Below are positions 41,530 to 54,080 of a stretch of 64,000 nt of DNA, piece by piece; position 1 is the first letter of the stretch; each line of letters opens with the position of its first letter. Under the pieces are notes generated by a model, which did no database searches, was not told the origin of the DNA, and saw nothing but the letters and a program-made list of their open reading frames with translations. Source of the stretch: Gnetum montanum. Lineage: Eukaryota; Plantae; Gnetophyta. A program made the translations under genes and the position numbers. The stretch lies in the NCBI GenBank assembly GCA_015680685.1, contig MNCI01000291.1, positions 259,853 to 323,852 of the forward strand, written 5' to 3'.

Positions 41530-42400
41530 ACTATGAACCTAGTTTAAGGTCCTGGTATACCATGGTTGCTAGTTTATGGTCCTAGAAATGGACTATTATG
41601 TGTTAGTCTAATGTCATAATGGATTAGCTACTGTGCCAGTTTAACATCATGATCCAAGGATGAGCTATGCCAGTTTATAGTCTTAGTGGACTGTTGTGCC
41701 AATTTTAGCATTGTGGTGGACATCTATGCCAGTTTTAGCATTGTGGCAAATGGGCCATGCCAGTTTATAATCATAGTAGACTACTATGCCAATTTTAGCA
41801 TTATGGCAAAAGAGTGCTATGCCAGTTTATCATCATAGTGGATTGTTGTGCTAGTTTTGGTGTCATAGCAGATGAGTGTTGCACCATTTTATCATCACAG
41901 AAAACATGTGCTTACCTTGCTTTAGTGAGGTATGGTGCTACATGCTAGATATGCTCCTGTAAGATCCTACAAAATCAACTAGACAATCAACATCAAGCGG
42001 CACCCATTTCAATGAAATTAATGCATAAATGAAGGGAAAGCAGTGTGATGAAAATTTTAAAGTGGTAGCTTTGGGCCATTCCAGGCCTTGGCAATACTTC
42101 AAGGTCATTCTGAGCCCTGTGTGTTGCTATTTTTGGGCCATTTCAGGCCATTGCTAGACTACTAGTTTAAGGTCATTTCGGGCCATGGCAAGGGAATTGA
42201 TAGTTTTGGGCCATTCTAGGCCATAGATGCTAGTTTAAGGCCATGGTAGGCCACATTGATGGGATTGCTAGTTAGGGCCATTCTAGGCCATGCATTGCTA
42301 GTTTAGCGCCATAGCAGGCTACACTTTGGAATTGAAAGCATTAGTTTTAGGCCTTTTGGGCCACACGTTGCTAGTTCAAGGCCATGGTGGGCCATAGAAT
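41530..42400 (-). repeat. Short tandem repeats in the 3' non-coding region of element A
   Basis: There are repeated TGCCAGTTTA/TGCTAGTTTA units of ~30 bp (41530-41900) and GGCCATTCTAGGCCAT units (42060-42400). Confidence 0.8.
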
Positions 42401-42589
42401 TATTTTCTTGTAATTTTAAGGTTTTATGATTTTTATGTTTTTTATGTTTTTCATGCATAGGCTAAGTAGATGAATGTGTAAACAAAGTGAAGCAATGCAT
42501 AAGCTAAGTATGCATGCTAAATGTAAATGCATAAACAAATGCAATGCAAGTGAAGGTTAAAAATGCATGGCATATATTAGCAAAGGGTA

Positions 42590-45500
42590 GGTAAGTGCCT
42601 AGCATGTTTTGGGCTAAGGGGATCCCTTGATCACACAATTGCTTCCTAATCCAATTTGGACTAGGAGGCGCATAGGGCTTAGGATCCTCTGGGAGGTTGT
42701 TGGCTTCCACCACTCATTCAGGTGTGTTAGCCTTATGCATTGCATTGTCGACCACAAGTGCATAATTAGGGAATTTTACCTCTAACCCTTGCTCTATGTC
42801 AAGGTTGTTGATCGCTAGAGGGGTAGCATTATCATTGTGGATAATAAGTTGACCACCTTCGTATGGAAGGTGGATCTCCTAGCTAGATGGCTTGTAGCTA
42901 GGCCATCCAAGGCCTACCCAATATCAGGTTGGAGCTAGGCATTTTCTCTATGACAGTAAATTCTATGATGGTGGGGAATTTCTCCCCTACAATGAAGGCT
43001 ATGTTGATGGTACCCTTGACAATGACACATGACCCATTGAAGGACTTTAAACATGTGGTTGTTGGCCTGATTTGTTCTATGAGGCCTAGCTTGTCGATGA
43101 TGGTGTATGGTATTATGTTTGTTGCCACACCATCATTGACATGCACCCTACAAATCTTGCATTGCCCAACATGTATGCTAATAAAATTGGGAGCTATTGT
43201 AACCTCCCCTCATTCAAGGTTAACCTTGATTACCTCATCACAAAATGCTAGGGATGTTGAACTTGATTCCTATGGTGTCGGGGGCAACATCACTACACAA
43301 ATGGCATTCTCATTTGTAGGGATGTCCTCTATAATAGGAATGGAGGCCAACATCAAGGCCAGTGCTTCCCAATGGGCAAATGAGATCATGACCAAGTCAT
43401 ACAAGCTTAGTGTTGTATTTTTCTACTTTATCACTTGCTTAACCTAGGTTAATGCCTCTAAAAAGTTCTTTCCATGGGCCATTGTGTTAGCCTTAACCTC
43501 CTCCATGTCTCCTTGAGAGATGAATCTCTCATAGAGGGGACTTAAGCTTAGTTTTCTTGGCCTACTTGCGGGCCTCAGTGCTTGGTTGTGGTTTGAATAT
43601 TGTGGCCTTTTCTGTTGCTTTGGCCATGGAGACTACAAAAATAGGAATTTTCTTTAGCATACTAAGCACTCTTTGATCTCATTATTACCTAGCCATTTCA
43701 CCTACGAGGTGCTTGTTAAGCCTCTTGCATTGTCACCTATTGGGTCTAGCCATGTTTTCGATGGGATCATCCCTTGGAAGAGAAGGAACCAACATGTTAC
43801 AAAACTACCGAGCTTCAAGTAAGTGAGGGGCTAGCACATTGTGGCATCCTAATGACAAATGATTACTTAGCAGTTGTTGTTTTAGCATCCCAATTTAACA
43901 TCATAGCAAATGAGCTATGCCAATTTAATGTCATAGTGGATGAACGTTGTGGGACCCTGACCACAAAGGGTGTTATGGATGCTCGAGGTGGGACTTCAAC
44001 AATGAAAAGGGACCTCAAACATGTAGAGGCTAAGGGAAACATTGCACTACTAGAAGGCACTCAGACCACAAAAGACTTCTACATTGGTGCTAACTTGCCA
44101 TCCACACTGATGGCATTTATGACCTAACCTACATTGTCTATGTTCATTGTGTCAAGCACTAGTCATCCTTTGCAAATCATCTTACAAAACTTGACAGAAG
44201 TTTGTGCTATAACTAGACATTTGGTGGTAGTGATAGAATTGGTCAAACCTGAAGTGTTGTGGGACTAGGGGCTCATTTGGTGCTATTGAGGTAGGATTCC
44301 TCAACAACTCACAATACTTGTCATGCCTTTTGCAAGCATCCTCAAACACTCATTTGTGTTGTATTTTCCTGGCTTTCAACAATTGATCTAGTAGTTGTGA
44401 GGGTTTCAATGGCAATGGTGTATACTTTGAGTGATCCTTATGCTCAAAGTTAGGCCTTGGAGTGACTTGCATTATGGCCCATGTTGATTTAGGTAGGTTG
44501 GTTGCCTAGGAACTAGAGTTGGCAGCTTTGTGAGTTGGGGCTTTAGGCTACTTAGCCATCGGCCTATGATTGTTTGTTTTAGCATGGGTGGATACTATTA
44601 CCACTATTGCATTCTACTTCTTTACATGCTAGTTTTTGTAGGCCGCATAGGCTATGTCCTTACTTGCTTGTGTTGCCTCCTCTATGCTCTTCATTTGAGC
44701 AAAGGCTTGGCTTAGAGACTTCAAGGCTAGGTAGTACATTTTTGACATGATGAAGTCATTAACTAAATTCTTGAAGATGGCTAAGAGATGCATCTTTGTG
44801 ATTATCTCTTGTATTTCTTGTAACGAGGAACTATAGCATTGGATAAATTTTTGCACAAGCTCTCGATGGCCCTACTTAATGTGCATAAGTTGGTCCAAAG
44901 TTGCTTTAGGCTTCAAGTTGTACTTGAAGCGCATCATGAACTAGCTTAGGAGCTCCTCCAAAGAGGAGATAAAGACCTTGGGTGGTGTGTGGGACTAGTC
45001 TAGGGATTTTCCAATTAGTGACATGGTAAAGACATGCATGATAACATGTGGCTAGGCTTGTAGTAGTAGGCACTCAAACCTAAATGTGATCAAGAGCATG
45101 TTGGGATCCCCTTCACTGTTGTACTTGGTGAGTTAAGGAAACAAGACCCTAGTTGGCAGAGTTAGGGGTGGGATAGTAGGCCTTATAGGGTCATCTTGGT
45201 AGAAGTCCATCACCTTGATGGTTTTGGAAGGAAGCAACTTTGAGTCACCTCACCTCCTTTATCAACTGTGGATCAGTTAGAATGCCTGATCCAAGTTTTA
45301 AGATGTGCCAGCTGATTACACTAGTTGTGCTAGCTGCTATGTTGGTTGTATAGCTGAGGGCTAGATTGTTGATTATAGAGCCATGTGATGTTGTTGATGT
45401 GTTGGCTATGCCATGGACACAATGGCCAAGGAAAACCATGAAAGCATGGATTGGAGTATCACTAAGGGCATTAACAAAATAGGTAGGACGTAGGGTGACT

Positions 45501-45955
45501 AAATCGTTTGGGGCCTAGAAATGAATCCTACATGAACATAGGGTTGGACAAGCACATTTGTTATTGAACTAGGGAGTGGTTGTTGGAGGACGGTGTGGAA
45601 GGGACTCTCATGTTCGGAGTGAGCTTCAAACTCATCTTCTTCCTCCTATAGGGTTTTCTCATAGCTTGTCCCTACGTTATGCTTGTTTGCATGAATGAGT
45701 TGGAACAATAACCAATGGTGGAACTCCATGAGTGGGGTGATGTCAAACGAGGAAGGAATATACTCTCATCCATCTCTATGAAGTAGATCGAAGTCCCTTT
45801 TTGGTTCCATGTCAAGGTGATCCAGGGGTAACCTTGCTCAAATCTTTTCACATAGGAAGTTGTACTATACATTGTTGAGTGTAGCATGCTCTAGGTGGAT
45901 GGTGAAGGTGTCAAGTGTATACTAACATGGATGGTTGATCTAGGTTCATGTTCAT
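42590..45955 (-). pseudogene. gag: gag-protease pseudogene of element A
   Basis: TKYNSEGDP, MHLLAIFKNLVNDFI, PR RVHVNDGVATNIIPY..LKSFNG..NLILGRPW. It is collinear with 49594-53390. Confidence 0.9.
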
Positions 45956-46200
45956 AAATCAAGTTGTGAAAGGAAGAACTGCATGTTTCTAGTTGCGAAA
46001 AATAGCTAAGTGTGAAAATTGCAAAAAAATGACTAAGTCTAGAATCTACAAAAAAATGGCTAACTATGGAGACTATGCTCTTCACTAACTACACTCTCCA
46101 CCAACTACACTTTCTACACTCAGAGAATAAAGACTTAGAAAAATAGTGTAGAGAAGTACAAAAAAGGAAATGTCTTAGCCCTTCTTCTAGTGTCAAAAAC

Positions 46201-47700
46201 TGTAATGACTAAAAACTTTGGTGGCTAGAATCACTGAGGGATCAACGTATGCACAACTTAACCTTGTGTTCACATGAGGGCCTACTAAAGGTAGAGATAG
46301 GGTGCTAGAATGGTCTTGTCAATCAAATGTGGACTTATCGAATGTGATGCCAAATGACGCTAAGTGTTTGCATGGTGTTCAAAATGCTAATAGTGTTGAT
46401 GGTGTCAGTGCATCAATGGTGTTAATAGTGTCAATGGTGTAGAGCATAGTCATAAGGGCCCAAGGGGACAAGCGTAGTCAAGGATTTCAGCAAAAATGAA
46501 GGTGTTGACATGGAGAGATTGTTTTCCGAGCATAGTTGTAACATGAACACACATTTAAACTGTAAAAAATGCAAAGAAAACATGAAAAATGAAGGAGACA
46601 GAAATAGAACATCACTCCAAATGGGATTGAACATAGTTAACTCCAAAAGGGATTTAGAAGGTACACAGAGTACAACAACCATAGTGGAAAGTGTAGTCAT
46701 AGTGGAAAGTGTGGTCATAGCGCTCATCATGGTGTTTGTGCCTATCGAGGCTATAGTGGACCATGGTATACAACTCTGCCTCTCTCTGGTTCATTGGTAT
46801 GCCTTTGGATCTCATTCGCCCAAAATGCCAAATGCAAATGAAAATTCCCACCAACTAAAACGTAGATGATGGAGGTATTTATACCCCTAAAACGTAGATG
46901 ATGGAGGTATTTATAGGGTTAGGATTGCCAAAAAACACAAAGAGACTACCACATGGCAGTGGGAAGATTGGGACTACATTGTACCCCAACTACACTCTCC
47001 ACCAAGGTAAGTGATGTTGTGCTATGTGGTGCTCTAACAGACTCTGCAAGACTACAAGACTATGACTACATTTTCAACTACATGTGAGTGTGCCAAGAGG
47101 ACTACAATGTACCTAAAAAATGCAACTTTTGGAGACTACACTCTCTGGAACTACACCCTCCACTATCAGGAGTAAGGTAGAACATATTTACAATTTTGGT
47201 ACAAAGGGGGTGCAAAAAATATGCATGTTACTTGCCAAAGCTGTGTTGGAGCTGAGGTGAATGTCAATGCTACATTTTTGAGGCCTTTGGAGTTTGTTCT
47301 ACATGACTACACTTGACTACACTCTAGACTGGAGGAAAGCGTAGTCCCAGACTTAGAAAATGTTTTGGAAAATCTAGCTACTAGTTAGCTACACTCTACT
47401 ATGCTCCATGGTAGTGGAGAGCACAGTCTCAATAGTTAGAAAAAACTACAAAAAACTAGGTCTTGATGCTATCTACACTTGACTACACTCTGGTTTGGTG
47501 GAGAGCATAGTCTCAACACTTAGAAAAATTTTTAGAACTAGTTATATGTGTTTACTACACTCTCTACTAAGCTAACTACACTCTGGTGCAATGGAGAGCA
47601 TAGTCTCAACACTTGAAAAAATTTACAGAAAGTGGCATCATTTTGACACTAAGGAAAATTTGCAGTCAAGATGCGATAGCCAAAATTTGGTGGTGTTTCA
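46201..47700 (-). repeat. 5' LTR of element A
   Basis: It reads TGTAATGAC...GGTGTTTCA on +, has a TATA (-) at 46908-46915 and the PBS is adjacent. Confidence 0.9.
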
Positions 47701-47847
47701 ACCCTAGGACTCCTTTTCCCACCAAGTAGAAGCAATACCTTCTAATCTAGATTTAGCAATAGGTACCCTCAAGTCATTTGATACCTCTTCCAATTGGAAA
47801 TGGTTCATAGGTACCTTCAACCAACTTGTAAAAGCATTAGTTCCATC
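47701..47847 (-). pseudogene. 147-bp island of the CRM-like host gag between the two insertions
   Basis: It translates DGTNAFTSWLKVPMNHFQLEEVSNDLRVPIAKSRLEGIASTWWEK and is bounded by the two TSDs. Confidence 0.85.
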
Positions 47848-49280
47848 TAAAACACCACAAAATTTCAGGTCTCGACATCATGACTACAAATTTGGCTAAG
47901 TGTCAAAACGATGGCACTTTTTTCACAGATGTTACGTTGCATAGCATAGTGTAAGGTAGCACCTTGTTACGCTACGTAGCGTAGCACAGCGTAGCACCCT
48001 GTTATATTATGTAGCGTAGCATAGTGTAGCATGCCTCTTACACTGTGTAACATAGTGCATCATAGCAACCATGTCTACTGCAGCATAGCATCCATGTCAC
48101 ACTGTGCAACAGAGTGTAGTAGTGAGTATGACATAGCACAGTTTTCAAGCTATGTAGCATAGCACATCATGGCTAGCTTGACCCAGCTAGTGTCCCGTGT
48201 CCCATACATAACATGGGACAAGAATGATCCCACCCACTGCACCACCACATGGCACTTGATCCACATTTTGGGCTAACCCTAGTCCTATAAATACCCTGGG
48301 AACCCAACGGTTACATTATTGGACTGCTGGAATTCTCCAAGGGTTGGCATTCCTTAAATGTTGGCATCTCCTAGTAGTTACATTCCTTGACCATTGGCAT
48401 TCTCCCAGCAGCTACATTCTTGAACCATTGGCATTCCCCAAGGTTTGGGCATTCTTTAATTGTTGACATCTCCCAACGGTTACATTCCTGGACCATTGGC
48501 ATTTCCCAAGGGTTGGCATTCTTTAATTGTTGGTATCTCCCAGCGGTTACATTCCTAAACTGTTGGCATTTCCCAATGGTTACATTCCTTGACCATTGGC
48601 ATTCCTTGGATGTGAGCCTTTTTAAGCACTTGGCAGTTGGCATTTTGACATCTGGGCACTGAACTCTATGGGCGAATGAGACTCAGAGCACACCACATCG
48701 GCAGAGAGGTAGAGTTGCACATCACGGCCCACTGTAGCCCCATTGTAGCCCTGTAGAACATTGCATGGTACATCGCGGTGGCCAACCTAGCAGGAAGGAT
48801 TCATCATAATGAGCATGCCAAACATAACAACCCAACGCCACTGAGACTGTGACTGTGCTCCCACTATGCCTATGGTACACTATGTATACCTTTGTGAATT
48901 AACCATGCTCCCTCTTTTGGGGTGGTGCATTTCTATTCTCAAATTCTATTACATTTCTCAGGCATTTCTCTCTAGCATTTAGTTTAATGCTTGTGCTTTC
49001 TTACTATTTCATACATATTTTCACGTTCGTGTCATTGTTCTCAGGTTGAGACATCCTACTACGTTCTAGCTGAGCTAGATCCGATGCCCACACATAACAT
49101 AGTATAAAATTTTTTCACACATGATCATTTTAATACCACGTAAGTCCTTGTTTGATCGACAAGACCGTTCAGGGCATATTTTTTTCATTTTCTCCAGCAT
49201 AGCCCTCGCATAGATTCGGGGTTAGGTTGTGGACCTGATAACCTCTTGATGTTCCAGCCACTGACGTTTTAGTCACTACA
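47848..49280 (+). repeat. 5' LTR of element B
   Basis: TAAAACACC...CACTACA, with TATAAATA at 48286. Confidence 0.93.
48300..48610 (+). repeat. 67-bp tandem repeat within the 5' LTR of element B
   Basis: The unit CGGTTACATTCCTGGACCATTGGCATTCCCCAAGGGTTGGCATTCTTTAATTGTTGGCATCTCCCAG lies immediately after the TATA box. Confidence 0.85.
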
Positions 49281-49285
49281 GTTTT

Positions 49286-49302
49286 TGGCACTAGAAGGAG
49301 GG
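49286..49302 (+). promoter_or_regulatory. Tat-type primer-binding site
   Basis: TGGCACTAGAAGGAGGG lies 5 nt after the LTR and is a decayed TGGCGCTAGAAGGAGGG. Confidence 0.85.
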
Positions 49303-49593
49303 CATGAACCATTTCTATCTACACTTTTGATTAGCACTTAGTCAAAACTCTTGATGTTCTAGAGAGCATAACAAGTTCTCAGAGCATAGAAAGCTCCAGC
49401 GTAGCGAGTGTAGTGCCAGAGTTGGCCATTTTTAGCAGTTTTCACACTAGCTTTTTTTCTGCATTTTCATACTTAGCATTTTTTTTTATTTTTACATTTA
49501 TCCATTTTCCTGCTACTAGCAGATTTAGTCTCTCTTTTTTCCATTTTTAGAGTTAGCCATTTTCTGCAAATAGAAACTTTCACAACCCAATCT

Positions 49594-52500
49594 ATGAATA
49601 TGAATCTAGATCAACCTTCCACATCAATGTCTAACACGTTTGATACCATAATCCAGCCAAAGCGAGCCACACTAAGCCATGAACAATACAAATTTTTTTT
49701 TTGGCCAAAATCCAAGCAAGGCTACTAGTGGATTATCTTGATTTGGAAGCAAAATAGGACTACGAATGAGTTCACTGGAATGGACAAGAGTACAACCCCT
49801 TCTTGTTTAACATAATCCCACTCATAGAGTCCTACCACCAGTTATTGTCTCAACTTATCTATGCAAACAAGCATGATGCAAGGACAACCTACAAGAAAGC
49901 CTCATAGAAGAAATAAGATGAGTTTGAGGCCCACTCTAAGCATGAGAGCCCCCTCCGCACTGTCTTCCAACAACCACCCCCTAGTACAGTCCCTCCTCAA
50001 TTTGGTCCACCCATCCTCTCTAAGATGGTGACCATGCCAATTTAGCCTTCCTCACAAGCAACTAATGCATTTTCCCAACACTATGCTCATGCAAGGGCCA
50101 CCTCCTAGCCCTAGACAACTTAGGCATCCTATGTCCCACCTATCTCATTGGTGTCTGCGATTTCCATCCAACCCACTTGTGTGTGGCCTACTTCAATCAT
50201 CGCACCCACCGCTCATCCAACACATCAACAACTATCCGCTATGATGCTAAACTAGCAACACTCATCTGCTATGACGTTAAACTGGCAACAACCATCTACT
50301 ACAATGTTAAACTGGAAACAACCATCTTCCACGACATTAAACTGTCAAACTCCACAGCCAACAATTCAACCCCATGCTATCCAACCAACACAAGCCCAGC
50401 CAATGCAACCGACTGGCACATCCCCAAGCTTGGATCAAGCATTCTAGCTAATCCAAAGCTTGACAGAGGAGATCAACTGACTTAAGGCTACCTCCTCTGA
50501 CACCACCAAGGTGGTGGACTTCTATGAAGATGACCCCATAAGTCCTATGGTACCACCCCTAACTCTTCCAACTAGGGCCCAACTGCCTCAATTTACCAAG
50601 TACAACGGAGAAGGGGATCCCAATGCACACTTGGTCACATTTCAATCTGAATGCCTGCTCCTTCAAGCTTGGCCACACACCATCATGTGTGTGTTACCCA
50701 TGTCACTCACTAGCAAGGCCTTGGATTGGTATCGCACACTCCCCAAGGCCTCAATCTCCTCTTTGGAGGATCTCATAAGCTAGTTTGTGACATGCTTCAG
50801 GTACAACCTAAAGCCTGAAGCAACCCTTGACCAACTTATGCAAGTTAAACAAGGGCCTCTAGAGCCCATGCCAAAATTCCTCCAACACTGGAATGCTGCA
50901 TTGAGTGAAATGCATGAACCCCTAGTAGAGGCACATCTACTAGCCATCTTTAAAGGTGTAGTAAATGACTTTATTAATTCCAAACTATATTATCTAGCCC
51001 CAAAGTCTCTTAGCCAAGCCTTTGCCCAAGAAAAAAGCATAGAGGAAGTAGCACAAGCTAGCAATGACCCAGCTTATGTGGCCTACAGAAACCAACATGC
51101 TTGCAAGCAAAAAAAAAAAATAGTAGCGACAGTGGCTACAGGCACAAAAGAAACCAACTTAGGCCCAATAGCTAAGCAACCTAAAAGCCCTAGTTAACAA
51201 AACCACCAACTTTGGTGCCAACTCACCTACATTGGCAGGGGCCACCCTAAGGCCCAAATTTTAGCGCAAAGATCACTCAAAGTATACACCACTACTGATG
51301 CAACCCTTTGAACTACTGGAGAAACTCTTGAAAGCCTGGCAAATCCAACACAAACACGTATCAGTGATTACCTATCAAAAACATGATAGGTACTATGAAC
51401 TACTAAGGAACCCCACATTAGCAGTAGCAAATGAGCCCCCAGTCCCACAACATTTTAAATTGGACCAATACTATCATTACCATCAATTGGCTGGTCACAG
51501 TACAAACAACTGTTGTGCTTTGCAAGATGACCTGCAAAGAATGATAGAACAAGGCAACTAGTGATCGACATGATAAGTCAATCCAACACAGACAATGCCT
51601 TCTATGTCATAAATTCCATTAGCATAGGTGGCAAGCCCAAACTTGTGCAACAACCTTTTGTGATCCATGTGCCTCCTAGCAAGGCAAGGGTTCCCTCGGC
51701 CTCCACAAACAAGAGGCCTCCCTTTGTTATCAAAGTTTCGGCATCTACGACACCCTTTGTGGTCAAGGTTCCACAAAAATCATTCACTAAGATGTTAAAC
51801 TGGCATGCCACAACAACAAAAACCACTAGGTGACCTTTTGTCATCAAGGTGCCACAACAAGTTAGTCACACAATAACCCCTACAACAGCTCCTAAGCCAC
51901 CCTTTATCATAAAGGTGCCACAACATGATGGCCCCTCACCTACCTGAAGCCCAACAGTGGGCAATGTCTCAATCTCTCCTTCCTTGAGGATTGACCATGC
52001 TAGCAACCTGGGTAGGCCCACCAAATGGCAATGCAAGAGGAAAAACAAGCACCTCACAACCTCCATGGCTGAAGCAAAGGCCATAACTAGCAAACAACAA
52101 TTGAACACTGGGACCCCTAGCCCCAAGTAGGCTAAGCAAACCAAGCCCAAGTCCCCTTCATGAGAGATCCATCTCTCAAGCCACGTGGAGGAAGTCAAGA
52201 CCAACATAATGACTAATGACAAGGACTTCGTAGCTGCGCTAAACCAAGTGAAAAAAATGCTCAAGAAAAAGAATAAAATGTTGAGTTTGTACAACCTAGC
52301 CATGACCTCATCTACTCACTACCAAGCATTAGCCAAAATCTTGGCATCCATTCCTGTTACAGAGGACATCCTTGCAGATGAGGCATCCATCTGTGCAACA
52401 ATGTTACCCCCTACACCACAAGAATCGAGTTCAACAACCCTAGTGTTTCATGACAATGTAGTCAAAGTTAACCTTGAACGAGGGGAGGTCACTATATCTC

Positions 52501-53390
52501 CACTATCCATCAGCATTCGTGTTGGATAGTGTACCATTCGCAGAGTACATGTTGATGATGGTGTAGCAACAAACGTAGTCTTGTACTCCATCATCAACAA
52601 GTTAGGCCTGGCAGATGAAATTCATCCAACCAAAACTGCATGTCTAAAATCCTTCAATGGATCATGTGTCATAGTTAGGGGTACAATCAACTTAGCCTTT
52701 GTGGCAGGAGAGCAATTCCCCACTAGTGAAAATTTCACTATCATAGAGGAGATGCTAGGTTTCAACATGATTCTAGGTAGGCCTTGGCTAGCCCAACTAA
52801 GGGCCATCTCCTCTCCCAACCACCAAGAAATCCACCTTCCATACGAAGGTGGTCAAGTTATCATTCATGGTGATAACGCTTCCTCTTCGACTATCCATGA
52901 CATAGACATGACACAAGTTTTAGAAGAAGTATGGATCATGTGTCATAGTTAGGGGTACAATCAACTTAGCCTTTGTGGTAGGAGAGCAATTCCCCACTAG
53001 TGAAAATTTCACTATCATAGAGGAGATGCTAGGTTTCAACATGATTCTAGGTAGGCCTTGGCTAGCCCAACTAAGGGTCATCTCCTCTCCCAACCACCAA
53101 GAAATCCACCTTCCATACGAAGGTGGTCAAGTTATCATTCATGGTGATAACGCTTCCTCTTCGACTATCCATGACATAGACATGACACAAGTTTTAGAAG
53201 AAGTTTTAGAAGAAGAGTTTCTTGGTGGTACACCTATAACAACCAATGTAGTGCCTAAGGATAACACACCTAAATGAGTGGTTAAAGCCAATAGCTTCCT
53301 AGAGGATCCTAAGCCTTGCACACTCCCTAATCCATGCCCAGTTAGGAAGCAACTACATGACCAAGACATTTCCTTGGCCAAAAATATGGG
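49594..53390 (+). pseudogene. gag: gag-protease pseudogene of element B
   Basis: LPQFTKYNGEGDPNAHL..SLTSKALDWY, LMQVKQGP, knuckle YYHYHQLAGHSTNNC, PR RVHVDDGVATN..LKSFNG..FNMILGRPWL..SSPNHQEIHLP. Confidence 0.92.
52657..53204 (+). repeat. 274-bp near-perfect tandem duplication of the protease C-terminal half
   Basis: 52657-52930 is repeated at 52931-53204; I see two C/T differences. Confidence 0.93.
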
Positions 53391-53794
53391 TTCCTGCCTA
53401 CCCTTTGCCTCGACTTGCCATGCATTTTTGACTTTTGTTTACATCACACTAGCCTATGCGTTTACAATGTTCCTACTCACTTAGATCACACATTTTTCTT
53501 TGTTTACACATTCTTCAACTTAGTTTACACATTGCATTTGAAAAACATCAAACATAAAAAAAACATAAAACTACAAAAACACATGGCTTGAAAAGCCTTA
53601 AACTAGCCTACAATTCGGAACAGCCTAAAATTATTACTTTTTTCATTACTTTTCTTTCATTCATACATTTTAACTTTGTTTACGACAGGTGTTGCTTGAT
53701 GTTGTCTTCTTTTTAGTTGATTTTTGCAAGATCTTGTTGGCACACAGCATGACCATGCATGTAGCATCACACCTTACATAAGCAAGGTAAGCAC

Positions 53795-54080
53795 TAGTCT
53801 GCTATGACTATAAACTAGCACAGATAGTCTACTATGACTATAAACTGGCATAAATAGTCTGCTATGACTATAAACTAGCATAGATAGTCCACTATGACTA
53901 TAAACTAGCACAACTTGTCCTTGGTTCATGATGTTAAATTGGCACAACAACTTGTCCTTGGGTCATGACGTTAAACTGGCACAACATCCATTGTCCACTA
54001 TGACATTAAACTAGCATTCAACAGTCTGCTAGGACTATAAACTAGCACATCACAATCTGCCATGACTTTAAACTGGCATG
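53795..54080 (+). repeat. 30-bp tandem repeat in the 3' non-coding region of element B
   Basis: RCTATGACTATAAACTRGCA occurs at 53801, 53831, 53861 and 53891, followed by variants. Confidence 0.9.

Larger units (their letters stand above)
38714..47700 (-). mobile_element. Tat-type gag-protease-only (TR-GAG-like) LTR element A
   Basis: LTRs lie at 46201-47700 (5') and 38714-40396 (3'), with termini TGAAACACC...TTACA and TSD ATCCT/ACCCT (4/5). PBS (-) TGACACTAGAAGAAGGG is at 46179-46195 and the PPT near 40399-40410. No RT or INT. Confidence 0.92.

Noticed and set aside
42929-43447. 172-aa + strand ORF, and 51866-52303 on -
   Set aside because: They are antisense shadows of the gag-protease frames and are not preserved between elements A and B.
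48371-48662. ORFs 48371-48643, 48387-48662 and 55708-55956 with repeated C/W-rich peptides
   Set aside because: They are translations of the 67-bp LTR tandem repeat.
53380-53400. Splice donor after PR that would join in frame to an acceptor like 7341
   Set aside because: The candidate donors (G|GTTCCT in B, G|GCACTT in A) are weak and their phase does not match the 7343 frame.
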